A DNA stretch of 64,000 nt. It comes from Scyliorhinus canicula (taxonomy: Eukaryota). The notes beneath the pieces are model-generated. The model saw only the letters and a program-made list of their open reading frames with translations, ran no database searches and had not been told where the DNA came from. Below, in pieces: positions 13,411 to 26,048 of this stretch. Made by a program: the position numbers and the translations under genes. Numbering within the stretch: position 1 is the stretch's first letter; each line of letters begins with the position of its first letter. The stretch spans positions 186,001 to 250,000 of the forward strand of contig NW_024055492.1 in NCBI RefSeq assembly GCF_902713615.1. The letters are read 5' to 3'.

Positions 13411-13807
13411 ATTGGTTGAGGATACTGGGAAAAGCAGCTCTGCTCTTTATCATTATATCAATGAGGTAAGCCACCTGAAATGTGAATTTCTTTCTCTCTC
13501 TGCTGATGCTCACTGACCTGCTGAGCAGCCTCTTTTTGTTTTTGTTTTAGATTTCCGGAATATGCAGCACTTTGCACAGTTTTTAACAGTTATTCTTGGA
13601 ATATGACCCTCACTGGCAAAGTCAGCATTAACTGTCCATCCTGAGAAGCCGGATGCGAACCACCTTTTAGATAAGGTGCAGTTCGGATGGTTGAATTCAC
13701 ATCTGACTTTCTGTGGCAGCTTCCCTTGAACTGATTGGCTTGCTCGGCAATATCAGAGATAGTTAAGCGTCAACGTCATCACTGCTGAACTAGTCACATA
13801 TCAAAGA

Positions 13808-14189
13808 ATTTATAAGTGCAGAAGGAGGCCATTCAGCCCATCGAGTCTGCACCGGCTCTTGGAAAGAGCACCCAACCCAAGGTCAACAACTCCAACCTAT
13901 CCCCACAACCCCACAACCCCATAACCCCATAACCCCATAAACCCATAACCCCATAACCCCACCCAACACTAAGGGCAATTGTTGACGCTAAGGATAATTT
14001 ATCATGGCCAATCCACCTAACCTGCACATCTTTGGACTGTGGGAGGAAACTGGAACACCCGGAGGAGACCCACGCACACACGGGGAGGATGTGCAGACTC
14101 CGCACAGACAGTGACCCAAAACGGAATCGATCCTGGGACCCTGGAGCTGTGAAGCGATTGTGCTATCCACAATGCTACCATGCTGCCCC
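13808..14189 (-). mobile_element. HE1-like SINE with internal ccccataa/ccccacaa repeat
   Basis: Head, core and tail on the minus strand. Absent from copy 1 at ~9085. Confidence 0.85.
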
Positions 14190-15654
14190 CATACGGACTC
14201 GGCAGGGGAAGGAGGGACGATTTCTTCTCTTGAAGGACATTGGTGAACCTGCTGGGCTTTGAGAAATTTCGCTAGCTTCATGAGTATTATGAATGACGCA
14301 CAATTTTATTTCTGATTTATTAATTAATTCAATTGAAAGTCCCCCAGCTGCCATAAAACCAGGGGCTGGTTTAGCTCACTGGGCTAAATCGCTGGCTTTT
14401 AAAGCAGAGCAAGCAGGCCAGCACTACGGTTCGATTCCCTTACCAGCCTACCCGGAGAGGGTGGTGGGTGCCTGGAAAGCTTTGCCAGTGGAGGTGGTAG
14501 AGGCGGGCACGATAGCATCATTTAAGATGCATCTAGTCTAGACAGATATATGAACGGGCGGGGAACAGAGGGAGTACACCTTGGAAAATAGGAGACAGGT
14601 TTAGATAAAGGATCTGAATCGGCACAGCCTTGGAGGGCCGACGAGCCTGTTCCTGTGCTGTAATTTTCTTTGTTCTTTGGTCTTTTGTTCCACCTTTCCG
14701 CCTTGTCCCCATAGCCCTTGATTCCGTTACTAATGAAAAATCTGTCTGTCTTAGTCCTGGACATATTTATTGACCCGGCCTCTCCAATTCTCTGCACCAT
14801 AGAATCACTCCCCACTGAGAGCCGAAATTCCGCTCCATCCTCGACTGAAATGAGCGACACCTCACTCTGAGATAGTGCCCTACGATCCCAGACTCACCCA
14901 CAAGCAGAAACAACCTCGAGCATCCACACTATCAAGCTCCTTGAAAATTCTACATATCTCAGTCAGTTCGCCTCTCATTCTTCTAAATTCCAATGCGTGC
15001 AGTTCTTCCCTACTTAAACTCTCCTCATGTCAGTCTCTGTGGTTCAATTGGTCAACGTTTTTCGCTGCAAACCGAGAGGTCTGTGTTTCAAGACTATCCA
15101 GGGCCGGATTCTTCTCTATTTGATGACAGGCGCAGTATCGATGGGCCCAAGAACCTCTTTTTGTGCTGTGAAATTCCAACTACCGATGAAAATCCATCCG
15201 TACCCGAGATTAACCTAATGAACCTTCTCTGGACTGCCTCCAACATATCTATCTTTAGGTAAGGAGACCAAAACTGTTCACATAATTTCAATATGCCCTG
15301 GTGGAATTTGTACTCGAGTCTCTGGAGTAATAGTTCAGGCCTCCGGATTACCAGTCCAGTCATAATATTTCGAAGTACCCTAATGCTGTAATATCATCAC
15401 ATCTAAAAGATGGAGCAACTGATTAATAAAATACTCCTGCATTGGATCACAGGTCTGGATCTGTTGTGAGAAGTGGTATTGATTCCACTGAGACAAGACT
15501 GTTAATCTATCATGGTTTTCATTTTGACATTATATTCTCAAATATTGCTCAGTGTATCTAAAGTTCTAATTCTGGGTCCCGCCTGATATGGGTCAATTTA
15601 ATATTCAGAGGCTAGTCTTTTATTAGTCTTGTCTCTTATTCTTGTTATAAATTT

Positions 15655-15848
15655 AGAGTACACAATTATTTTTTTCCAAATCAAGGGGCAATTTAGCGCA
15701 GCCAATCCACCTAATCTGCGCATGTTAGGGTTTTGGGGGTGAAACCCACGCAGACACGGGGAGAATGTACAAACTCCAGGCGGACAGGGACCGAGAGCCG
15801 GGATCGATCCTGGCAGAAGTGCTAACCACTGTGCCACCGTGCTGCCCC
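15655..15848 (-). mobile_element. HE1-like SINE (short-tail form)
   Basis: Minus strand: ggggcagcacggtggcacagtggttagcact… with V-SINE core. Confidence 0.8.
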
Positions 15849-17739
15849 GTCTTGTGTCTAATTCGGACACGATGGTATTGGTGAACGGGAATTTCACTGG
15901 CTCCAGAGAAAATCTCAGTAATTCCAAAAATAGCATGTGAACACAAGCAAGACATAAACATATATAGAACTGGGTCTTCCCACTGCATGAGCTGCACGGT
16001 CAGAGCGGTTGGAAGCTGGGATTCTTTTCCTTAGAACCGAGCAGTTTTTGGAAGGCGTGATATAAATGTTCAAAATTATGAAGGGTTTTGTTTGGTTAAT
16101 TAGGAAGAAAAGTCATTCACTGGCAGGAGGGTCAGAAATCAGGAGACACTAATTTATGAAATATTAATTTCCCCCTCTGATTCTAAACCTATCAAATTGT
16201 AACAGGACGAGACAGGGCGGATGCAGAAAGATGTGTCCGATGTCGGGGAAGGTAGAACCAGGGGTCACAGTCTCAGGATACGGGGCAAGCCATTTAAAAC
16301 TGTGACGAGGAGTAATATCTTCACCCTGGGAGTTGTGAACCTGTGGAATTCTATACCACAGAATGAAGTTGACTCCAAAGTATATTACGTTTTCAAGGAG
16401 GAGTTAGATAAAGTTCTTGGGGATCAAAACTCTGAAGGGACCAAATGATATGGGGGAAAAGTGGGAACAGGTTACTGAAGTGGATGATCAGCCATCATCA
16501 GAATGAATAGCAGAGCAGGCGAAGGGCAGAATGGTCTGCTCCTGCTCTATTTTCTATGTCACTGTATTACGTCAAATCTGTTTCTTCTCATGTTAAATGA
16601 GACCCTGTCTTTATTTCTCTTAAAGTAACCCCTGTCACTGTCTCTACTACGCTGTACTGTTTGTGTTACACTCAATTAATAATACGCGAGAGCATGCATG
16701 GGATTATATTACATTAAGTTCCGCCTCTATTATATACCACAGGAATTTGTATCTTTACATTACACTCGGGCCTGTGTCTGATATTACACCGGACCAATAT
16801 CCTCTCGATATTATAAATGATTGCACATGTTTGCTTGTTTCTCCGAGTACAATTATAGTTGATTTTGAGATTACGTTAATATCTATAAGTAGTTGTGTTA
16901 AATGCGTATTTGCTCTGCTATCATGTGGGCAATATTGAGTTGAATATTTTACTAACATCCCAGTAATGAACTGGTCTTGAGAGACAAGTCTACATGTGAA
17001 CACTGGTATACTGCAATTTCCAACATTTAGTGGAAATCTCTGTTTTGTTCATAATGATTAATTGACTCTTCTGTTATACTCTATCGATTGGAAAGTTTTT
17101 TTTCCCGAAGTTGATTATTTTCCTGCCTCGATTTATATTAACCAATCACCTGTGCACTGGCAGAGTTAGACAGAACCGTGTTCTCACAGTATCGCCACGA
17201 TGGTAATGGTGGGCACCCAAAGGAGAAATGTCCACCCAATCATATAACACTTAGCTGGTTAAGAAGAGCAACTAAACTCGCTGCAAGCGCGTATTGGCCG
17301 TTCGTGCAGGTGTGTATATGAAACATTTTTCTTAATTTTTGCAACTCCAATCGATCAAGACGTATTGCTATCTTCAGAATTATTTGGTTGATTTTGTGAT
17401 ATCTTCATACGTCTCGGTCCTCAGCTCTGGTATTCATTCCCTATTCCTCGTTACCTCATTTCCCTTATTAAAATCATCCCATAACCGAGGGCCGAAGGGC
17501 TGTTCTATGTTCTAGACTCTGTATCAGTCATCACTGCGCGGGATATAATCTCAATTTAGGTTAATCTACGCCGTTTTAGTGATAATTGCTTTAAACTCTG
17601 TCATAGAGTCATTGTTTCTGAGAGTTTTATAGTTCTAAAGAAAGGTGCCCTTCCACGCATCATCTCTCACCGACGGTAATCAAGCACCTATCTATTCTAA
17701 TATCGTCCATAGATGGTCTTCCTACCATAAAATCATAAA

Positions 17740-18600
17740 CCATAGAAGCAGAACCCGGCCTTTCAGTCCATCGAGTCCGCTCCGCGTTCAATCATGATTG
17801 TTATGTTTCTACTCCCCATTCTCCTACCTTCTGCCCATAATACCTGGCCCCCTTATTAATCAATAACCTGTCTATCTCTATCTTAAAGACACTCAGTGAT
17901 TTGGCCTCCACAGCCTGCTGCGGGAATGAGTTCGACAGATTCAAGACCCTCGAGCTGAACAAATTTATCCTCTTCTCAGTTTTGAAGGTACACCCCTTAA
18001 ATCTGAGGCTGTACCTTTGGGTTCTAGTTTCACCAACTAGGCCTCTGGCTGCTCTATAAGTTTCAATGAGACCCTATCCCCACCCCTGCCCCGCGCCACC
18101 CTCCCCTCACAGCAGCTCATCTTTCTAAACGCTATCCAGCACAGACCCCGAGTCCTCAACCGCTCCTCATATGACAAGTCCATCATTCCGAGGATCAGTC
18201 TTGTGAATCTCCTCTGGAGCTTCTCCAAGGCCAGCATATCCTTTCTTAGATAAGGCGACAAAAAATGCTCATAATATTCCAAATGGGGTCTGACCAGAGC
18301 CTTATAGAGCCTCAGCAGTTACATCCCTGTTCCTGTAATCTAGCCCTCGCAACATGGATGCTAAACTTGCAATTGCCTTCCCAGTTGCCAACTGAACCTG
18401 CATGTTAACCTTAAGAGAATCCTCAACTAGAATTCCTAAGTACATTTGAGCTTCTGATTTCCTCAGCCCTACCCTAATTAGAAAATATTCTATGTTTCCT
18501 CCAAAATGCAGAACCTCACACCTTTCTACATTGTATTCCATCTGCCACTTCTTTGCACACTCCCTTAGCCTGACCAGGTCTTTCTACAGCCTATCTTCTT
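17740..18600 (-). mobile_element. CR1-type LINE 3' fragment
   Basis: Minus-strand translation …SPYLRKDMLALEKLQRRFTRLILGM.DLSYEERL is CR1 ORF2 C-terminus. Confidence 0.85.
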
Positions 18601-18609
18601 CCTCAGCAC

Positions 18610-20253
18610 AATCTGTCCCTCTATGTCTCCTCATCTGGAAAGACACTGCTTGATTAGGGATAGTCAGCACGGACTGAGGGGTAGGTCTTGCCTTACAAAT
18701 CTTATTGATTTCGTTGAGGAGGTGACAAAGCATGTGGATGAAGGTAAAGCAGTGGATGTAGTGTACATGGATTTTAGTAAGGCATTTGATAAGGTTCCCC
18801 ATGGTAGGCTTATGCAGAAAGTAAGAAGGCATGGGATAGTGGGAAATTTGGCCAGTTGGATAACGAACTGGCTAACCGATAGAAGTCAGAGAGTGGTGGT
18901 GGATGGCAAATATTCAGCCTGGAGCCTAGTTACCAGTGGCGTACCACAGGGATCAGTTCTGGATCCTCTGCTGTTTGTGATTTTCATTAATGACTTGGAT
19001 GAGGAAGTTGAAGGGTGGGTCAGTAAATTTGCAGATGATACGAAAATTGGTGGAGTTGTGGATAGTGAGAAGGGCTGTTGTCGGCTGCAAAGAGACATAG
19101 ACAGGATGCAGAGCTGGGCTGCGAAGTGGCAGATGGAATTTAACCCTGACAAGTGTGAGGTTGTCCATTTTGAAAGGACAAATATGAATGCGGAATATAG
19201 GGTTAATGGTAGGGTTCTTGGCACTGTGGAAGAACAGAGAGATCTTGGGGTCTATGTTCATAGATCTTTGGAAGTTGCCACTTAAGTGGATAGAGCTGTG
19301 AAGAAGGCCTATGGTGTGCTAGCGCTCATTAGCAGAGTGATTGAATTTTAGAGCCGTGAGGTGATGATGCAGCTGTACAAAACCTTGGTAAGGCCACATT
19401 TGGAGTACTGTGTGCAGTTCTGGTCGCCTCATTTTAGGAAGGATGTGGAAGCTTTGGAGAGGGTGCAAAGGAGATTTACCAGGATGTTGCCTGGAATGGA
19501 GAGTAGGTCTTACGAGGAAAGGTTGAGGGTGCTAGGCCTTTTCTCATTAGAATGGAGAAGGATGAGGGGTGACCTGATAGAGGTTTATAAGATGATATGG
19601 GGAATAGATAGAGCAGACAGTCAGAGACTTTTTCCCCGGGTGGACAACAAACCACGTGGGCTTGAGTCGGGTGATCATTGCTCGGCACAACATCGAGGGC
19701 CGAAGGGCCTGTTCTGTGCTGTACTCTTCTAATTCTAATTCTAATTCTAATTCTAATTACAAGGGGACATAAATTTAAGGTAAATGGTGGAAGATATAGG
19801 GGGCATGTCAGAGGTAGGTCCTTTACCCAGAGAGTATTGGGGACATGGAATGCACTGCCTGTGGAAGTAGTTGAGTCGGAAACGGTAGGGACCTTGAAGC
19901 GGCTATTGGATAGGTACATGGATTATGGTAGAATAATGGAGTGTAGATTAATTTGTTCTTGAGGGCAGCACGGTAGCATTGTGGATAGCACAATTGCTTC
20001 ACAGCTCCAGGGTCCCGGGTTCAATTCCGGCTGGGGTCGCTGTCTGTGCGGAGACTGCACATCCTCCCCGTGTGTGCGTGGGTTTCCTCTGGGTGCTCCG
20101 GTTTCCTTCCACAGTCCAAAGATGTGCAGGTTGGGTGGATTGGCCATGATAAATTGCCCTTAGTCTATGATCTATGATTAACCTAGGACAAAAGTTTGGC
20201 ACAACATTGTGGGCCGAAGGGCCTGTTCTGTGCTGTATTTCTCGATGTATCTG
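18610..20253 (+). mobile_element. CR1-type (HER1-like) LINE, 5'-truncated, RT pseudogene with nested inserts
   Basis: ORF 18623-19285 has DFSKAFDKVPH, GVPQGSVL.PLLF.IFINDLD, KFADDTKIGG. Stops and frameshifts follow, then [12 protein letters not shown]…RRFTRM. Confidence 0.92.
19963..20180 (+). mobile_element. HE1-like SINE embedded in the CR1 3' UTR
   Basis: gggcagcacggtagcattgtggatagcacaattgc head. The same insertion point recurs at 59011. Confidence 0.85.
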
Positions 20254-20279
20254 AGCATCATCTGAAAACGTAGCATCAG

Positions 20280-21490
20280 TGCCCTCAGTTCAAAAGTAAT
20301 AATAAAAATCTTTATTAGCTTTTACATTACATCAGCCTTTAAAGGCTTCCGTATCGTCTGGCATCACATTAATCTTCGCCACATTGTCTGCTTATTCCTT
20401 TGCTTTTGTGCTGTCCTTCACTTCCCTTGTCAACCATGGATGCCCTGTCCTCCCCTCAGCATGGTTCCTCCTCTTTGGGATTAATTTGTGTAGTGCCTCG
20501 CGAATATTCCCCAAAACGTCCTGCCACTGCTGTTCCACTGTCTCCCTGCTCTGCTCCCTGTCCAATCAACTTCGACCAGCTCATCCCTTTATCTTTGTAG
20601 TTACCTTTATTCAATTGTAATACCGTTACATTTGATTCCAGCTTCTACCTCCCAAACTGCAGGGTGAATTCTATCATAGTGTGGTTACTGTCCCGTGAAG
20701 GTTCCTTCACCTTAAGTTCCCTACTCAAGTCTCAATATACATCAACAAATGCAGAATTGCCTGTTCCCGACAGGGCTCAATCACAAGCTGCTCCAAAATC
20801 TTCTCGTCGATATTCCACAAATTCCTTTTCTTGGGATCTGCTACCAACCTGACCTTCCCTGTCCTGCATTTTGAAGTGCCCCATGACTATTGTAATATTG
20901 CCTCTATCTCCAGATTTATTTTCTGCCCCTCATTCTGACTACGGCTAGGGGGCTGTACGTAACTATCCTCAGGTTCTTTTTTTCTTTTGCGATTCGTCAA
21001 CTCTGCCCAAAGGGATTCTATGCCTTCTGACCCGAAATTGCTTCTTGCTGTCGAATTAATTTAAATCATTACTCACAATGCGACACCATTCCCTTTTCCC
21101 ATCTGCCTGTCCTTTCGATAGGACAGATACCCTTGGATATTTAGATACCAACCCTGATCCCCTCGCAGCCACGTCTCTGTGATGTCCACAACATCGTACC
21201 GACAAATTTCAATGTGTGCAATCAGTTCATTTACCTTGTTCTGTATACTGGGCACATTTAGGTACAACACCCTCAGTTCTGCGTTGACAACCCCTTCTCA
21301 ACGTTGCCCCTCTTTCTGCTGTCCCTGAAGTTGCAAATCTGCCACTTTCCATACTCCCTACTCTAGTACGTGTTCTGGAAACTTTACTAATCTCCCCTGA
21401 GCCACCGGCCCGTTGTACTCGGTTAATGTCCTGATCATTAACCTGCACTCTCACCTTCTCTTTTACTTTGGTTTTCTAATTTTTCGTACA
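20280..21490 (-). mobile_element. CR1-type LINE endonuclease-region fragment
   Basis: ORF 21073-21270: YLNVPSIQNKVNEL…DVVDITETWL…GYLSYRKDRQMGKGNGVAL (AP endonuclease N-terminus). Confidence 0.85.
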
Positions 21491-21599
21491 ACCGAGCCGC
21501 CGCCCCCCCCCCCCCCCCCAATATTTAGTGCATCACTTCTCAACAGTGAATTTTATCTGCCACCTATCTGCCTGTGTACATGAAAAAGCCAGTGACCTG

Positions 21600-22050
21600 T
21601 TGCAGCCTAGGCTGGACGCATCCTTGTTACAACACGACGGACGGCGGGACTATCATATGAGGAGAGATTGACTACGTTAGAATTGTTCTTGCTGGGGTTC
21701 AGAAGAATGAAGACTAGGCAGGGCAGATGCAGGGAAGATGTTCCCAAATGATGGGTGTGTCCAGAACCGGGGCCATAGTCTGGGGATTCAGGATTCATTT
21801 CGGACAGATATGAGGAGACATTTCATCACCCAAAGAGTGGTGAGCCTGTGGAATTCATTACCACAGGAAATAGTTGATCCTAAAACATTGAATATATTCA
21901 AGCGGCGGCTAGATATAGCACCTGGGGAGAATGGGATCAAAGGCTATGGGTAGAAAGCAGGATTAGGCTATGGAGTTGGATGATCAGCCATGACCGTGAT
22001 AGATGGCGGAGCAGGCTTGAAGGGCCAAAAGGCCTCCTCCTGCTCCTAAC
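21600..22050 (+). mobile_element. CR1-type LINE 3' end
   Basis: RGHSL…FRTDMRRHFITQRVVSLWNSLPQE…KTLNIFKRRLD plus a CR1 3' UTR. Confidence 0.8.
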
Positions 22051-22329
22051 TTGTATGTATCGATGTACGTAATCCTCTTTCCTGTTTACTACATTGTCAA
22101 TTTGGGAGACATCTGCAACTTTTCAATTGATGTCCTGTGAACCCGAGTCCTGTCGATTAATATATAACAGATAAAGCAGTGCTGCTAATATTACCCACTG
22201 GAGAATAACACCCTGTACCCCACCCAATCTGAAACAATTGTTCACAACTATCCCTTAGTCACTGTTGTACACATTCTGCTCCTGCCACTTTAATCACATG
22301 AGCATCAGTTTTGCTCACTTTTCAAATAT

Positions 22330-22830
22330 GACACAGACATAAAGATATTTGTCCCAGACATTTCCATTCCCTGCGTCCCATCAGAATTCCAAGGACAGGT
22401 TTAGTAACGCTCTGCTTGTCTAAACTGTTCCGTCAAATTCTAGCAGGTCAGATGCAGGACGGGGTTGTAGACAGAGCAAAGCTTCCTGCACTCTGAACCA
22501 GCAAACGCTCTCAGGCCAAATGCATCACAGGATCAGATAAAGAATAAAGCTTCCTGAACCCTGTCCCATTATATACTCCCAGGGCACCAACAATAAAGAT
22601 TTAGTTCCTGAGTAAACTTCCCTTCACAATCTCTCCTCAAATACTCGAAGGACAGGTGCAGTACAGAGCAAAGCCCCCTTCACAACATCCGCCATCTAAC
22701 ATGTGAAGGACAGGTAAAGCACATGTGAGGAACAGAGTAAAGCTTCCTCTTTGCCGGACCATCAGATACTTACAGAGCAGGAAAAACGCAGGGTATGTGT
22801 AGAGTAAAGTTCCCCATACTCCGTCCCATT
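22330..22830 (+). repeat. Decayed ~65-bp tandem repeat
   Basis: Recurring ggacagg…acagagcaaagcttcct / gagtaaagcttcct motifs, related to 6960-7500. Confidence 0.55.
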
Positions 22831-22920
22831 AATTGGTGTATAAAACAAAGGAATTACTGGTGCAGGATTTTGGTGTGAAAATGTCCACACACTTGCACAA
22901 AAACTCAGAAAAAAACGGAC

Positions 22921-23110
22921 ATAGAACATAGAACATAGAACAGTACAGCACAGAACAGGCCCTTCGGCCCTCGATGTTGTGCCGAACAATGATCACCCTA
23001 CTCAAACCCACGTATCCACCCTATACCTGTAACCCAACAACCCCCCCCCCATAACCTTTAGGACACTACGGGCAATTTAGCATGGCCAATCCACCTAACC
23101 CGCACATCTT
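22921..23110 (-). mobile_element. HE1-like SINE 3' part
   Basis: (atagaac)n tail and cttcggccctcgatgttgtgccg…ggccaatccacctaacc. Confidence 0.8.
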
Positions 23111-23159
23111 AGGACATATGTCTTAATGTATATAATCTCAACCGTGTAACGGTGAACAC

Positions 23160-23520
23160 CACAGTCGGCCCTACATTTATTAACATCAATCTTGGGCCGA
23201 CCCTGCAATCGACCCTGTCTAGCTTTGTACGAATGTATATCCTGAATCAGTAATCACTGCATTAGACCTTATCTCAGTTTTCGTTCATCTAGACGCCGTA
23301 TCAATAATTACGGCACTAGAATCTGTCTCACTTTACATTAATCTCGACGGTCTATCAGCAATTAGTGCTCTAGAACCCTGTCTAAATTTACATTACTGAA
23401 GACCCCTCCCCCCCATCAGAAATCATTGCACTCGACCTTGTCTCGGTTTGCATTAATCTAGACCCTGTATCAGGAATTATAGTACTAGACCCTGTTTCAG
23501 TTTATATCTAATTTAGGCTT
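23160..23520 (+). repeat. Degenerate 54-bp (2 x 27) minisatellite
   Basis: Approximate consensus ctagaccctgtatcagtaattactgca-ctagaccctgtctcagtttacattaat, visible in several consecutive units. Confidence 0.7.
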
Positions 23521-24299
23521 TGTTGCATGACATAGAAACATAGAAGTATAGACAATAGGTGAAGGAGTAGGCCGTTCCGCCCCTTGAACTTGCTCGTCCA
23601 TTCATTCTGAACGTGGCTGATCATCCAACTCAGTAAACTGTTCTCGCTTTCCTTCCATATCCTATGACCCCTATAGCCACAAGAACTATATATAATTCCT
23701 TCCAGTAAACATACAATGTTTTGGCCTCAACTTTTTTCTGTGGTAGAGAATTCCACAGGCTCACCATTCTACGTCAATAAATTTCTCCACATCTATCTCC
23801 TTAGACTGTGTCCCTGATTCTGGACTCCCCTCCATTGATCATTGCTGCACACCCGGTCTCCGTTATTATGAATATTTACCCTGTAACAGTAACCACTGCA
23901 TTAGAACCCTGCCCCAGTTATTGTGAATCCCGGTCTTTTCAAAGAATCATAGACAGTGCAGAAGGAGGACAGTCGACCCATCGAGTCTGCACCCGCCCTC
24001 CAAAATGGCACCTCACTGAGAACCACTCCTCCACTCTTTCTCCATAACCCCAACTAACCTTTGCACACTCACGGGAAATCTTTCAGAATGGCCAATCCAC
24101 CTAACCTGCGCATCTTTGGGCTGTGGGAGGAAATTCTCGGTTTCCGCTGCACTGTCTCCACTTGTATTAATCAAGGCCCTGTTTTAGTAATCTCGGGATA
24201 CCGCCGGCTCTGTGTATTTAATATCAGTTTCTGTACCTGTAAATGATGCGCTTCTCCCTGTTTTAGTTATTACTGTGCGAGACAATACCAATTTTAATG

Positions 24300-25270
24300 G
24301 TGATGTGGAGATTCCGGCATTGGACTGGGGTGAGCACAGTAAGAAGTCTTACAACACCAGGTTAAAGTCCAACAGGTTTGATTCAAACACTAGCTTACGG
24401 AGCACTGCTCCTTCCTCAGGTGAATGAAGAGGGATGTTCCAGAAACACATATGTAGACAAATTCAAAGATACCAGACAATGCTAAGAATGCGAGCATTTG
24501 CAGGTAATTAAGTCTTTACAGATCCAGAGATAGGGGTAACCCCAGGTTAAAGAGGTGTGAATTATCTCAAGCCAGGACAGTTATTAGGATTTTGCAAACA
24601 CAGGCCAGATGGTGGGGGTGAATGTAATGCAACATGAATCCCAGGCCCCGGTTGAAGCCACACTCATGTGTGTGGAACTTGGCTATAAGTTTCTGCTTGG
24701 CGATTCTGCCTTGTTGCGGGTCACCTCACAATGCTCCACTTCTCCAGCTTCCACCCTAAACACATTAAAGAAGCCATCCGCTATGGACAAGCCCTCCATA
24801 TACACAGGATCTGCTCAGACGAGAAGGAGCGTAACAGACATCTACATACGCTGAAAAATGCCCTCGTATGAACGGGATATGGCGGTCGACTGATCAATCG
24901 ACAGTTCCAATGCGCCACAGCAATAAAACGCACCGACCTCCTCAGGAGACAAACACGGGACACAACCGACAGAGTACCCTTCGTCGTCCAGTATTTTCCC
25001 GGAGCAGAGAAACTACGACATCTTCTTTGCAGCCTTCAGCACGTCATCTATGAAGATGAACATCTTGCCAAGGTCATCCCCACACCCCACTACTTGCCTT
25101 TAAGCAACTGCGCAACCTCAAACAAACCATTGTTTGCAGCAAATACCCAGTCTTCAGAACAGCGACCACGACGCCACACAACCCTGCCATGGCAATCTCT
25201 GCAAGACGTGCCAGATCATCGATATGGATACCACCATTACACGTGAGAACACCACCCACAAGGTACACGG
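24300..25270. mobile_element. Penelope-like retroelement fragment with inverted 3' end
   Basis: Plus strand ~24760-25270: IRYGQALHIHRICSD…PFVVQYFPGAEKLRH…PLLAFKQ…PCHGNLCKTCQII. Minus strand ~24620-24700: QKLIAKFHTHECGFNRGLGFMLHY (GIY-YIG C-terminus) followed by the pLTR. Confidence 0.85.
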
Positions 25271-25689
25271 TTACACCATCCAGGACAAATCAGTCGTTTG
25301 ATTGTTGCCATCCACAAGCTTTACTGTTGGAACTAATGAAGGTTTCATATTCAGCACCCACCCGACCCACGGCTACAACCATCAACAAGGACAAGAACAG
25401 CAGATACTTTGGAACACCATCACCTGGAGGTTCCTCTCCAAGTCACTCAACACTTTGACTTGGAAATATATCGCCGTTCCTTCACCGTGGCTGGGTGAAA
25501 ATACTGGATTTCTCTCGCTAAAAGCAGTATGGGTGTAACTGCATATCAGGGACTGCAGCGATTCAATGTGGCAGCTCACCACCACCTTCTGGCAACTTGG
25601 AATGGGCCATAATTGCTGACCCAATCAGTGATGCCATATCGCGCATATGAATTAAAAAAAAATAAAGGTTGTCTAAAAGATAGACACAT

Positions 25690-26048
25690 NNNNNNNNNNN
25701 NNNNNNNNNNNNNNNNNNNNNNNNNNNNNNNNNNNNNNNNNNNNNNNNNNNNNNNNNNNNNNNNNNNNNNNNNNNNNNNNNNNNNNNNNNNNNNNNNNNN
25801 NNNNNNNNNNNNNNNNNNNNNNNNNNNNNNNNNNNNNNNNNNNNNNNNNNNNNNNNNNNNNNNNNNNNNNNNNNNNNNNNNAGATAAAGNNNNNNNNNNN
25901 NNNNNNNNNNNNNNNNNNNNNNNNNNNNNNNNNNNNNNNNNNNNNNNNNNNNNNNNNNNNNNNNNNNNNNNNNNNNNNNNNNNNNNNNNNNNNNNNNNNN
26001 NNNNNNNNNNNNNNNNNNNNNNNNNNNNNNNNNNNNNNNNNNNNNNNN
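25690..26048. other. Assembly gaps (N runs 25690-25881 and 25890-26048)
   Basis: Runs of n in the sequence. Confidence 1.

Larger units (their letters stand above)
12121..17863 (+). repeat. Tandem segmental duplication, copy 2 (lengthened by later insertions)
   Basis: Collinear with 7398-12109, with extra SINE/LINE inserts at ~13237, ~13808, ~14362, ~15655 and ~16000. Confidence 0.9.

Noticed and set aside
24268-24283. TAT TAC TGT GCG AGA CA reads YYCAR, like the end of an IgH V (possible TAILV or IgHV in the TCR-delta locus).
   Set aside because: It aligns to the 54-bp minisatellite unit (ccctgt.t.agt.attactg…agac). There is an in-frame stop just upstream, no WYRQ/W.RQ and no heptamer after it.
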